The position numbers and the translations under genes were made by a program. From a virus: a stretch of 55,937 nucleotides of DNA. Positions within the stretch are counted from its first letter, which is position 1. Each line of letters opens with the position of its first letter. Shown in pieces: positions 42,566 to 51,203 of the stretch. The notes beneath the pieces are model-generated. The model was given only the letters and a program-made list of their open reading frames with translations. It searched no databases and had not been told where the DNA came from. The stretch lies in the IMG/VR virus record IMGVR_UViG_3300046115_000049, positions 1 to 55,937 of that record, one strand, 5' to 3'.

Positions 42566-42595
42566 TTGCAAGCGCCAATGCAGCCGTGGTTTAAT
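42566..42595 (+). promoter_or_regulatory. Sigma70-type promoter with extended -10 (TTGCAA-N18-TTTAAT)
   Basis: gcTTGCAAgcgccAATGCagCCGTGGTTTAATtgcc has the same architecture as 40278-40307. Confidence 0.5.
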
Positions 42596-42695
42596 TGCCC
42601 CGTTGATTGCGGCAGCGGTGCCCGTCCGACACCGCCTGTCCGATGCTCGAAGCGTGGATTCGGACATCGTTAACCGAACCGACCGAGGTGATACC

Positions 42696-43154
42696 ATGAA
42701 GATCAAGACGCAACCCACCGCCATTCCCGCTGCCGATCCCGTCGTCCCGGCAGAGGTTGTTGACACCGTTCGCCCGTCCGCCGAGACGGATCGCAAGCTG
42801 GCGAACTTCGCTCACCGCAAGACGCAGCTCGAAAAGGCGGGTGCGCGAGCCAAGTCGGCGAAGTCGACCGCCGTGTACCCGCCCACTCGCGCGATCAAGC
42901 GCGATGCTGCTTCGACCCACGGCCTCCCGGCGCTCCCGAAGCTCCCCAAGGCTGCTCGGAAGCCGAAGCCGCCCAAGCCGTGTGAGTGCGGCTGTGGCGG
43001 ACAGACGCGCGGCGGTCGCTTCCTTCCGGGACATGATGCCCGTCTCCACGCTTGGGCGCTTCGGGTCGAGCGGGGGCACATGAAGGCGAACGAGGTTCCT
43101 GCCCCGCATACCGCTGCGGTGGCGGCGTATCTCAAGACGCGGAAGGCCAAGTAA
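42696..43154 (+). CDS. CxCGCG/PGHDA zinc-knuckle protein (paralog 2)
   Basis: ATG at 42696 lies after gaggtg. It contains ...HGLPALPKLPKAARKPKPPKPCECGCGGQTRGGRFLPGHDARLHAWALRVERG. Confidence 0.6.
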   Translation: MKIKTQPTAIPAADPVVPAEVVDTVRPSAETDRKLANFAHRKTQLEKAGARAKSAKSTAVYPPTRAIKRDAASTHGLPALPKLPKAARKPKPPKPCECGCGGQTRGGRFLPGHDARLHAWALRVERGHMKANEVPAPHTAAVAAYLKTRKAK

Positions 43155-43171
43155 GTTAGGTCGAGGGCGTC

Positions 43172-43855
43172 ATGCACTGCGCAACGTATCTCGAACAAGC
43201 ACTGAACTACGCGCAGCGACGGCATATCATCGCCGTCGCTGCGCGTAAGCTGCGCTACGCGATTAGGCGTAGACCGTTCGACGCCATCGCGTGCATCGGC
43301 ACCTCGGGGTTACTTATCGCCCCGAGTGTTGCGGACCGGTTGAAAGTGAACTTGGTGGTAGTCCGTAAGGAGAAAGACGCAGGCTGGCAGAACCACAGTG
43401 ATTATCACGTGGAGGGGCCGGTACTCGTCAATCGATTCGTGTTCCTTGATGATCAGGTGTCGAGCGGACGAACATTGACACGCGTTCTGAAGAAAGTACG
43501 CGTCACGTATGGTGCGTGCGCGCAATTCTATGGGGCGTATTGCTACAATTCGCTCTATGGGAAGTTACATCGGCCGACCGTCGTTCGAACGTGGCTAAAT
43601 TCGTTGCGCTCGGTTGACATTGCTAAAGATGGCTACATCAGCATCAACGAGTATGATGTTGAGTGGCCTGAATCGCAAGCCCCGAGTGGGCACGTTGAGC
43701 CTATTGACAGCCGGGCACCGTCTGTGGTCCAATCGGGCGAAGGTGCGGACCGCATTCCGGCTGCGATCGTGGACCCATTGACTGGGATAGCGGAACGACT
43801 AATGCCGGAATACAGGTTCGAGATGGTGGACTGCTGGGGACCGCCACTGGAGTAA
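43172..43855 (+). CDS. Type I phosphoribosyltransferase-fold protein (APRT-like core) with a ~90-aa C-terminal extension
   Basis: The PRPP-binding-type motif is RFVFLDDQVSSGRTL. Upstream is FDAIACIGTSGLLIAPSVADRLKVNLVVVRKE (compare the APRT G..G..fg..lA..L.....iRK pattern). Confidence 0.55.
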   Translation: MHCATYLEQALNYAQRRHIIAVAARKLRYAIRRRPFDAIACIGTSGLLIAPSVADRLKVNLVVVRKEKDAGWQNHSDYHVEGPVLVNRFVFLDDQVSSGRTLTRVLKKVRVTYGACAQFYGAYCYNSLYGKLHRPTVVRTWLNSLRSVDIAKDGYISINEYDVEWPESQAPSGHVEPIDSRAPSVVQSGEGADRIPAAIVDPLTGIAERLMPEYRFEMVDCWGPPLE

Positions 43856-43873
43856 GCGAGGAGGGTCGCTAAA

Positions 43874-44833
43874 ATGGCAGCATCACAGGCGCAAACACGG
43901 AAGTCCAGAACGTCGCCGTATTCGCGTTCAGCTCCACCGCCCATGCCCCCGAAAGCGGCATCGGTGGCAGCGGCGCGGGTACGGGCGAAACTCAATAAGG
44001 TCGCCGCGATTGATCGGTTCCTGACCCCGCCCCTACGATCCAAGGTGATGGTCGTGTCCGATCGGGTGGAGCGAATGCCGTACGCGCCGATCGAGGAGGG
44101 GCGGATCGTCAATTGGGATGGACGCGTGTGGTTCGTAGGGCTGGTTAACGCCTCGCGTGCGCGACTAGACCCGGTGATGGCGAATCGCGTCGTTCAGGCC
44201 GATCCAGTGAGCGGCCGTACGTTCCTGTCATACGGATCGTCGGTCAACATCTGTCCCACTTCCACGCTGGAGGACGCAGAACTCGAAGAGTTAGACGAGC
44301 TTGCTCTCAACCGTCTGGTCCGGTTGCAGGAGCAGCACGAATCCGAGCAGACCAGACGAATGTCGGGCGTAACCCGACGAGAGCGAACCCTCGAATTCAA
44401 CGAGGAAGAAGAAGGAGAAGAGAACATGGAGTCAGCGGCACGAACGACACCGCGTAAGGGGGCAACCAATGCGGTTCCCCTCCCCGTGGCGACGCAGACG
44501 AAGACGGACAAGTCCCGGGCGCAGCGCGTCCGCGAACTCGCAGCGGCGAAGGCGGGAACGACCAAGGCGAAGGCGGCGAAGTCGAAGGGTCCGGCCGAGC
44601 GCGACAAGGAGTGCAAGTGTGGCTGCGGCGAAGCGACATCGAAATACTTCGTCCCCGGTCACGATGCGCGCTTCAAGGGCTGGATGCTCAAGATCGAGCG
44701 CGGCACGGCGAAGCGCGAGGAGCTGCTCGCCGCCGAGGTGATCGCCCAATACAAGTGGGTGAAGCGCGGCGAGGGCATGGTCACCACGACCAACTACAAG
44801 GGCGAGTCCCATCAGGGCTACGCCGCGAAGTAG
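43874..44833 (+). CDS. Hypothetical protein with a C-terminal CxCGCG/PGHDA zinc knuckle (paralog 3)
   Basis: 319 aa. It has an acidic middle region, a Lys/Ala-rich stretch, then DKECKCGCGEATSKYFVPGHDARFKGWMLKIERG. Confidence 0.6.
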   Translation: MAASQAQTRKSRTSPYSRSAPPPMPPKAASVAAARVRAKLNKVAAIDRFLTPPLRSKVMVVSDRVERMPYAPIEEGRIVNWDGRVWFVGLVNASRARLDPVMANRVVQADPVSGRTFLSYGSSVNICPTSTLEDAELEELDELALNRLVRLQEQHESEQTRRMSGVTRRERTLEFNEEEEGEENMESAARTTPRKGATNAVPLPVATQTKTDKSRAQRVRELAAAKAGTTKAKAAKSKGPAERDKECKCGCGEATSKYFVPGHDARFKGWMLKIERGTAKREELLAAEVIAQYKWVKRGEGMVTTTNYKGESHQGYAAK

Positions 44834-44985
44834 TCGAATGCGACGGTCGGCGCACACCTAGTAGGGCTCGACCTGCGACTGAGGGGAAGTCTCGCAGGAC
44901 CAGACGCCGGGCTGGTGTAGGGTGAAATTCCCAACGATTCTAGTGGGCACGGAACCACGAGTAACCCGGAGTGATTAGGTGGACC

Positions 44986-45189
44986 ATGCTTGAAGAGCCT
45001 AGACCTTACCTCGTCGACGCCGCCAAACAGCTAGAGTCGGCGGCACGACGGTTGCGCCGTATCGGACTGGGCGGTGAATATACGCCGGTAGCGATACGTA
45101 TGATGCGTGAAGCGATCTCGCTAATCGACGCGGCCGAAGCCCGAATTAGGGGTGCCGCTGACGAAATGGTGGCGCGGACGCGGCCTTGA
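44986..45189 (+). CDS. Hypothetical helical protein
   Basis: ATG lies 4 nt after aggtgg. 67 aa. Confidence 0.45.
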   Translation: MLEEPRPYLVDAAKQLESAARRLRRIGLGGEYTPVAIRMMREAISLIDAAEARIRGAADEMVARTRP

Positions 45190-45338
45190 CGCGGGCGAGG
45201 ACGTGACTGGGAGGCGGGGGTGAGGCGGACCGGGCGGTCGCGTCGTCTACGCGGTCCCGGCCGCGTTCAGGAGCGGGTTATCCCGGGCGGACCGGGCGAT
45301 GGATCGGGCGGACTGGGGCCGAACGTGGGTAGGAGGAT

Positions 45339-45452
45339 ATGATGCCAGTAGCAGTAAGCGTGCAGGCGTGCATCGCGTGGGTGATGGTCGGTCTGTGCGT
45401 TGGACTAGGGTGGGCGGTCGCGCACTGGTTGATGAGCAAGGTGTTAAAGTAG
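45339..45452 (+). CDS. 37-aa single-helix membrane peptide (not in the ORF track)
   Basis: ATG lies directly after gtaggaggat. It encodes MMPVAVSVQACIAWVMVGLCVGLGWAVAHWLMSKVLK. Confidence 0.45.
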   Translation: MMPVAVSVQACIAWVMVGLCVGLGWAVAHWLMSKVLK

Positions 45453-45656
45453 AAGGAGCTTGAGAAGGGCCGGACTCAGCGAAACGCGCTGTACCAACCT
45501 GCGTCAATCCCGGCCGTCCACCCCGGGACCCTCCGAGGATGGAGGCGCGAGACGCGGGTCCGGCCCCCTGAATTATGGTAACGGAGAACGACCGACCGAA
45601 CCGAGATGACGAATGGCGATGGATAGGCAAGCGATCTTCAACAGGAGGGTAACACG

Positions 45657-45956
45657 ATGGACGCAAGAGTGATACGCACGTATGGCCCGATCGAACTGCG
45701 CAGGAAGGCGGAGGGTACACAGGACATCCCGATGCCGCGAGACGCGATCATCCTCGATCTGGCGGGGGACTATGATAGAGAGGCGATGGTAGGTATCGCC
45801 GCCATCGTAGACCCGGAGAAGCCACTGGCTATGCGAAGATTCCGCGTATGTAAAGAGGACGCGGCGATACCGCGTTACCCCGGCCGCTACATCGGCAACG
45901 TATACGGACGAGCGTTCGTGTTCGAAGTCGAAGTGCCGACCGTGATGAAGGACTAG
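45657..45956 (+). CDS. Hypothetical protein
   Basis: ATG lies after caggaggg. 99 aa. Confidence 0.55.
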   Translation: MDARVIRTYGPIELRRKAEGTQDIPMPRDAIILDLAGDYDREAMVGIAAIVDPEKPLAMRRFRVCKEDAAIPRYPGRYIGNVYGRAFVFEVEVPTVMKD

Positions 45957-45959
45957 GCC

Positions 45960-46286
45960 GTGTGCATCGAGTGCGCCCACGTCGTCCTCGCCGTCGCTGC
46001 CGCCGCGTCGTCCCCGATAAGTCGGGCACGTCTCGGCGGTCGCCTCAGCGGTCGCCTCAGCGGTATTCGGCGATTTCTGCCTCCTGCGCGGAGCGGGCGA
46101 GACTTGCTCGGCCGCACGTTCGATATCACCGGCCGTAAGCACTTCGCCGTCGCTATTACCGGTCCGACGCGAATGCACACGGTTACGCTCAAACCCAAGT
46201 ATCCTGTTAGCAACGCTGACCGCCTGACCGTGCGGATAGGTCTGTTCTATTCGGCGCTAGACGCCGGACTTATCGAGGAGGTGTGA
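45960..46286 (+). CDS. Hypothetical protein (weak call)
   Basis: GTG lies 9 nt after aagga, and the stop abuts the next start. It contains a tandem 12-bp repeat (ggtcgcctcagc x2). The antisense ORF 45573-46178 competes with it. Confidence 0.3.
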   Translation: MCIECAHVVLAVAAAASSPISRARLGGRLSGRLSGIRRFLPPARSGRDLLGRTFDITGRKHFAVAITGPTRMHTVTLKPKYPVSNADRLTVRIGLFYSALDAGLIEEV

Positions 46287-46287
46287 C

Positions 46288-46758
46288 ATGCGACCATCCA
46301 AGGCCGACATCATTCACAATAAGATCAGCCGCGTGGCGAATGCTGCCGCTGAGATCCAGACCGAATTGAAGCGCATGGTTACGGCGCTGAACGACGAGGT
46401 ATCTAGGCAGCGCGTACAGATCGTGGCTGCGGAGATGGACAGGAAGGCGATGCTCGAGCGCATCCGCGACCTAGAAGCCGTGATGCGCGGAAGCTGGAAG
46501 ACGCGACTACGATGGCTCGTACTAGGGGCACCGATCCCGGTGATCGTTGTACCGACGCCCACGCTCAAGGGGATACCCGCAACAAAGCCGACTCTGGTGC
46601 CCGGTCCGAAGATGGCATCATCGTCAACACCGACCCGAACCGAGGTGACAAATGACCATAAGGAAGCTACTCACAAAGCTGCGCAAGCAGCGCGACCAAC
46701 TGGATGCGACGATCGTCGTGCTGATGCCGTACGTCGAGACGCTAGAGACGGCAGCTAA
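46288..46758 (+). CDS. Hypothetical coiled-coil protein with a hydrophobic segment; its 3' end overlaps the next gene
   Basis: ATG lies after gaggagg. 156 aa. Confidence 0.5.
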   Translation: MRPSKADIIHNKISRVANAAAEIQTELKRMVTALNDEVSRQRVQIVAAEMDRKAMLERIRDLEAVMRGSWKTRLRWLVLGAPIPVIVVPTPTLKGIPATKPTLVPGPKMASSSTPTRTEVTNDHKEATHKAAQAARPTGCDDRRADAVRRDARDGS

Positions 46759-46921
46759 GATCGTCAAGCGCGTCAAGGCGACGAAGGCGACGAAGGCGCA
46801 GTCGAAGTCCATCAAGCGCATTAAGCCCGGTCGTCGTCACTGGACGCATACGCCCGAGGGGAAGGAGCGCCTAGCTACCAATGCACGCAAACAGTGGGCT
46901 GGTAGAAAGAGGACCACATGA
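46652..46921 (+). CDS. Hypothetical basic protein
   Basis: ATG lies after gaggtg. 89 aa, Lys rich. Confidence 0.5.
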   Translation: MTIRKLLTKLRKQRDQLDATIVVLMPYVETLETAAKIVKRVKATKATKAQSKSIKRIKPGRRHWTHTPEGKERLATNARKQWAGRKRTT

Positions 46922-47160
46922 GCCGCCCTCATTCGCCACGTCGCCGCCGGTCGCCCGGAAAACGCACGATCCGGCGGCAGCGGCCAATCCCGGGGGGGCG
47001 CGACCCTCTTTTCTCGTGTGTCATGCCGGTCATCCGCGACGCGGTTCAAGCCGAGGCTGACAGGTACGGCGTAACTCGGTCATTCGTGACAGCAGTACGA
47101 ATGGCGGAATCATTCGGCATCGACATCGAGCACTACATTGCGAAGAAGAGGGACCGATGA
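46918..47160 (+). CDS. Hypothetical protein, possibly ribbon-helix-helix-like in the C-terminal half
   Basis: ATGA overlap with the upstream stop. The C-terminal half is VIRDAVQAEADRYGVTRSFVTAVRMAESFGI. Confidence 0.4.
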   Translation: MSRPHSPRRRRSPGKRTIRRQRPIPGGRDPLFSCVMPVIRDAVQAEADRYGVTRSFVTAVRMAESFGIDIEHYIAKKRDR

Positions 47161-47378
47161 GCAACTGGCGTGTAGCTAAGGGTGGCGCCCTACTCAACCT
47201 AGACGCAGTTGCTGTGATATTTCCGCAGCACGACGACAAGCGCGGGGATCTGGGTGAGTGGGTGATCGTATTCAACATGTGCGATGGTGACCAGATAGCC
47301 GAGAGGTACGACACCGAGGCGGAGCGGGACAAGAAGATGGCCGAAATGCGCCGTAATCTGCAGCCATCATTACCGTGA
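47157..47378 (+). CDS. Hypothetical protein
   Basis: ATGA overlap. 73 aa. Confidence 0.45.
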   Translation: MSNWRVAKGGALLNLDAVAVIFPQHDDKRGDLGEWVIVFNMCDGDQIAERYDTEAERDKKMAEMRRNLQPSLP

Positions 47379-49048
47379 TCACCCCGGCCGACTTGGAATT
47401 ACCTGATAAGTTCTCGGCCTACCGGAAGGGGCAGGGCGAGGCGGTAATCGACATCGCCGCAAGCGACAAGCGATTCACGCTCGTCTCTGCCCCAACCGGG
47501 TCGGGTAAGTCGATTACGTACGTGTCGGTTGCGCGAATACTGGGGGGCCGCACACTAATTGTGACCGGAACCAAGGGACTACAAGGTCAGCTGTTGGCCG
47601 ACTTCGCGCCTATCGGCATGAACGATATTCGCGGCATGAACAACTACAAGTGTATCGCGCTCGACCAAGGCGGTATGTTTTGGGGTAAGAACATGGGATC
47701 CCCGGGTACGATGTGCAACGACGCCCCCTGTCGGTCGGGGGTGGAATGTGATCACCGCGAAGGCGGCGGGTGCTTGTACTACGATGCACTGAAGGTGGCG
47801 AGGAAAGCCAAACTCGTAGTTACGAACTACCGATACTGGATGACGATGAACCGATACTCGGAGCCCGACTCACTGGGGCGGTTCGACCTGCTCATACTGG
47901 ATGAGGCGCACTCGGCTCCAGATGAATTGGCGGACTTCTGTAGCGTGCGGCTGGAAGAGGATGAGGTGCGTAGACTGATAAGTACGACGTTACCGCCGGT
48001 AGACGAGGGGGTGGACTCGTGGGTAGACTGGGCGAAACTGGCGCTGCGAGAATGCCGCATACGGCGATCGCAGGTCGAAGTAGCCATGCCGAAGACCGAC
48101 TACAAACGCGCACGCCTACTCAAGCGTTACACCGATCTCGAAAATAGTCTCGTCGTACTCGCCGCCGCGCATCAATGGCGACGAAGTGAGCCATCGATCC
48201 CCACGGTACGGATGCCGGGGATGCAGACCGACTGGGTGGCCGAAAAGACGCACAACGGGGTCGCATTCTCACCGGTATGGGCGCATCCGTACGCCGAGAG
48301 CTACTTGTTCAACAATATACAGAGAGTAGTACTGACCAGCGCGACGTTGCAACCGGCCGTAGGACGGTACTTGGGAATCGACTCGACGAAGAGCGAATTC
48401 AAGGAGTACGCATCGACATTCCTACCTACTAGACGTCCGCTGATTCACGTACCCACGACTAATGTGGATCGCCGCATGACGGACGGACAGGTGCGCGTGT
48501 GGATGAACCGAATAGACGCTATCATCACCGGGCGACCGAATTGGAAGGGAATAATCCACACCCGCAGCTATGAGCGGGCGCAGCATATCTACGCCACAAG
48601 TCGCCACCGTGGTATCATGATCGCGCACGGCCGCAGCAACGCACGTGAGGTAGTGGCGCGGTTCAAGGCGGCGAAGGCACCGTGCGTACTCGTATCGCCG
48701 GTCATGGAGGAAGGGTACGACTTCCCGTATGACGAATGCAGATACCAGATAATCGTGAAGGTACCGTTTGTGGACACGCGGTCGCTGATAACGCAGGCAC
48801 GAGCGGCAAGCGACAAGGGATACTTGAACTACTTAACGGCGCTGAGCCTGATTCAGATGGTCGGACGCGGGATGCGCGCGGAGGACGACTCATGCGAGAC
48901 GTTCATAATCGACGATCACTGGGACTGGTTTAGACCGGCAGCGGACAAGATGGGACTGTGGCCGCGATGGTTTAAGGCGTCGTTCAAGCGGCACCCGGGT
49001 GTGCCGAAAGCGATGATGGAGCGCGAGAACGCAGGAGGCGCGAACTAG
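47375..49048 (+). CDS. DinG/XPD(Rad3)-like superfamily-2 DNA helicase with a Cys-rich (Fe-S-type) insert
   Basis: 557 aa. Walker A is VSAPTGSGKS and the DEAH box is LILDEAHS. Five Cys lie between them (YKC..TMC..APC..VEC..GGC). The C-terminal SPVMEEGYDFPYDECRYQIIVKVPF is a helicase C_2-type block. Confidence 0.75.
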   Translation: MITPADLELPDKFSAYRKGQGEAVIDIAASDKRFTLVSAPTGSGKSITYVSVARILGGRTLIVTGTKGLQGQLLADFAPIGMNDIRGMNNYKCIALDQGGMFWGKNMGSPGTMCNDAPCRSGVECDHREGGGCLYYDALKVARKAKLVVTNYRYWMTMNRYSEPDSLGRFDLLILDEAHSAPDELADFCSVRLEEDEVRRLISTTLPPVDEGVDSWVDWAKLALRECRIRRSQVEVAMPKTDYKRARLLKRYTDLENSLVVLAAAHQWRRSEPSIPTVRMPGMQTDWVAEKTHNGVAFSPVWAHPYAESYLFNNIQRVVLTSATLQPAVGRYLGIDSTKSEFKEYASTFLPTRRPLIHVPTTNVDRRMTDGQVRVWMNRIDAIITGRPNWKGIIHTRSYERAQHIYATSRHRGIMIAHGRSNAREVVARFKAAKAPCVLVSPVMEEGYDFPYDECRYQIIVKVPFVDTRSLITQARAASDKGYLNYLTALSLIQMVGRGMRAEDDSCETFIIDDHWDWFRPAADKMGLWPRWFKASFKRHPGVPKAMMERENAGGAN

Positions 49049-49106
49049 TGGCTGACCAGAAATCTACCGCGGCTGTGTGATTTCTTGAACAAGTCAGAGG
49101 TGTAAA

Positions 49107-49319
49107 GTGCCAAAGAGCGATCCTGAGCCGGTGACGGCCGTGTGGGTGCGAACGGCAGGCCCTAAGGACAGCGGCTACATTGAGACGCTGGCTGAGATCG
49201 ACGGCGCATGGCGTCTCATCGCCCGTGACTATCTCGGGCCGCGCGATAACGAGATCGGGCACATCATCGAAGGCCGTTCATTCCGTGGTGCTCCGGCTGA
49301 TCCGCTTGAGGCGCGCTGA
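49107..49319 (+). CDS. Hypothetical protein
   Basis: GTG lies after agaggtg. 70 aa. Confidence 0.45.
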   Translation: MPKSDPEPVTAVWVRTAGPKDSGYIETLAEIDGAWRLIARDYLGPRDNEIGHIIEGRSFRGAPADPLEAR

Positions 49320-49323
49320 CGCC

Positions 49324-49500
49324 GTGGAGGAAAGCCGCAATGACGCGTGGACTCACCCAACCGAGCAGGAGGCAATCGCCCGTGCTCGTGAGATTATCGA
49401 ATCGGAGGAGCGTGATACGGTCATCGTTGTCCGCATCATTGCTGTGGTGCGGCGCAGGCCAATCCCGGTCAAGGAAGTCATCACTGTGGAAAAAGTCTAA
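49324..49500 (+). CDS. Hypothetical protein (start uncertain)
   Basis: This is the in-frame GTG just after the upstream stop. Only this part of ORF 49180-49500 avoids overlap. Confidence 0.35.
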   Translation: MEESRNDAWTHPTEQEAIARAREIIESEERDTVIVVRIIAVVRRRPIPVKEVITVEKV

Positions 49501-49504
49501 TAGC

Positions 49505-49762
49505 ATGACGACCCCTAACACGATCAGCGCTCGTGCTGACCTAGCCGAGCATCGTCGCGGCGATACACATCATCAGTACTCAGGTGCGCGTATCAATGAT
49601 GAGGCATTCGATGTCCGCGCTGCGATTCGTTCGATGCGCGACGATGTTTATGATCCCGCGCCCGAAGCTGTGAAATCGTGGGTATTGCGGCTAATTCAGG
49701 CATGTGGTCTAATCGCCCGGCGCTGGTGGCTCGAATCGCGGGGCACGATGCGCGAGCGCTGA
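49505..49762 (+). CDS. Hypothetical protein
   Basis: ATG at 49505. It is the in-frame tail of ORF 49340-49762. 85 aa. Confidence 0.45.
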   Translation: MTTPNTISARADLAEHRRGDTHHQYSGARINDEAFDVRAAIRSMRDDVYDPAPEAVKSWVLRLIQACGLIARRWWLESRGTMRER

Positions 49763-49795
49763 TTCGGCGCAACTGAACCGAACCGGGGGTGGTGA

Positions 49796-50119
49796 GTGCG
49801 GGTTGACAGACGCGGGTTCCTATCCACAATAGTCGCGGCAACGGTGGTCACACCGCTTGCCCGATTCATACCCGCGCACATGCGGTACCGCCCGCCACCC
49901 TCCATCCCCTACCCCGTTTCCGGCATGAGTCTCCGCTTAGTGCGGGACTACGACATCGCCGCCGCTTCTCACGTTACCCGTATCGACATCTTCTACGGTA
50001 CTTCACTGCTTCGCCCCGAATTCGCATGTCGCGTTGTTCAGGGCGATCGTCAGGCGTTCCTCGGGCGACTCCGCGCCTACGTCCGAGATTTCACGTCGTC
50101 ACTCGATAGGCGCAATTAG
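49796..50119 (+). CDS. Mini-protein with a twin-arginine (Tat) signal-like N-terminus and a coat-protein C-terminus-like segment
   Basis: GTG start. The N-terminus is VRVDRRGFLSTIVAATVV. The segment SGMSLRLVRDYDIAAASHVTRIDIFYGTSLLRPEFACRVV aligns with the coat C-terminus SGLAIRMIRQYDINTNNMPCRLDVFYGIRLLRPELICRVA at roughly half identical positions. Confidence 0.55.
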   Translation: MRVDRRGFLSTIVAATVVTPLARFIPAHMRYRPPPSIPYPVSGMSLRLVRDYDIAAASHVTRIDIFYGTSLLRPEFACRVVQGDRQAFLGRLRAYVRDFTSSLDRRN

Positions 50120-50132
50120 GAGCACTACGCGT

Positions 50133-51077
50133 ATGGCACCAGTACAGACCCGAGGCAAGGCAGCCCCCGCGAAGGCATCCGGACCCGTCAACGCTGTCAG
50201 CATGAATCCCGATGACATGCTGCAGGGCGGACTAATGGATGACTTCGACGGGACCATCACCAAGGCTCGTTTCGTTCCGTGGGACTACAACGGCAGCATC
50301 GATCATCACATCCTCGCTGTCGCCGTGGAGATCACTCCTGACGAGGGTCAGGGCGATCCGTTCACCCAGCATTACTCGGCAGGCGATCTCGAGCACTTCG
50401 CACCATCGGTCGACGGCGTAGATCCCGTCGATCTGGAGTCATGGGATCCGAAGAAGGATGCCATCGACGCGGTAGAGGGCGAGTACGCCGTCCGTACCGG
50501 CCGCAAGGAGCAGATGAACAACAACACAAACTGGGCATCGTTCATCTCAGCTGGGCTGGATGCCGGGTTCGACAAGGCCGCTCTCTCCGCATCGGTGGCG
50601 TGCTTCGAAGATACGCACGGTCACTTCAACCGCGTACCGCAGAAGAAGCGGTCGGGGCTCGTGACGCAGGCGGCGGCAGATGGTCAGAAGGCGCGGTCCA
50701 ACGACATCCTCGTCCTGACCGAGATCAGCGAAGCAGCGAAGGGCGCGAAGAGCGCGAAGGGTAAGCCGAATGGCGCGGCCGGTCGCCCAGCGGCGGCGTC
50801 ACCGAAGGTCGGGGCGAAAGCGGCACCAGCAGCGGCGGCAGCGGGCGGCGATCTCGATGAGACGCTTTTCGCTCTCATCGCGGCGGCGATGACCGAGGCG
50901 GAGGGCGAACTTCCGAAGGCGAAGCTTGGCGCGATCGCGCTCAAGGGACTGACGGGCAAGGAGAAGGCGCTTGGCCTCAAGCGGGTACAGGACCCGGAAT
51001 TCCTGAACTCGGGCGGCGAGGACGGGACGCAGTGGATGTACGATGAGGAGAATGCGACGCTCCTAGCGGCGGAGTAG
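50133..51077 (+). CDS. Hypothetical protein (Lys/Ala-rich linker, acidic C-terminal tail; an SSB-like role is possible but unproven)
   Basis: ATG lies after aggagc. 314 aa. It ends ...QWMYDEENATLLAAE. Confidence 0.5.
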   Translation: MAPVQTRGKAAPAKASGPVNAVSMNPDDMLQGGLMDDFDGTITKARFVPWDYNGSIDHHILAVAVEITPDEGQGDPFTQHYSAGDLEHFAPSVDGVDPVDLESWDPKKDAIDAVEGEYAVRTGRKEQMNNNTNWASFISAGLDAGFDKAALSASVACFEDTHGHFNRVPQKKRSGLVTQAAADGQKARSNDILVLTEISEAAKGAKSAKGKPNGAAGRPAAASPKVGAKAAPAAAAAGGDLDETLFALIAAAMTEAEGELPKAKLGAIALKGLTGKEKALGLKRVQDPEFLNSGGEDGTQWMYDEENATLLAAE

Positions 51078-51203
51078 CCGAATCTAGAATTACCGATCCT
51101 GCAAGCGTCCTACATCCCAGTGGCGCTAAGAACCGTCGGTATGCGCAACCCGACTCTGGGAGCAGGCCAGAGTCGGAATTTACTGAACCGAACCGAGGAC
51201 CAT

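Noticed and set aside
45573-46178. 201-aa minus-strand ORF in an otherwise + strand arm
   Set aside because: It fully overlaps the well-supported + gene 45657-45956 and has no SD. Only its first third (46178-45960) is ambiguous, competing with the weak + ORF 45960-46286, so strand assignment there remains uncertain.
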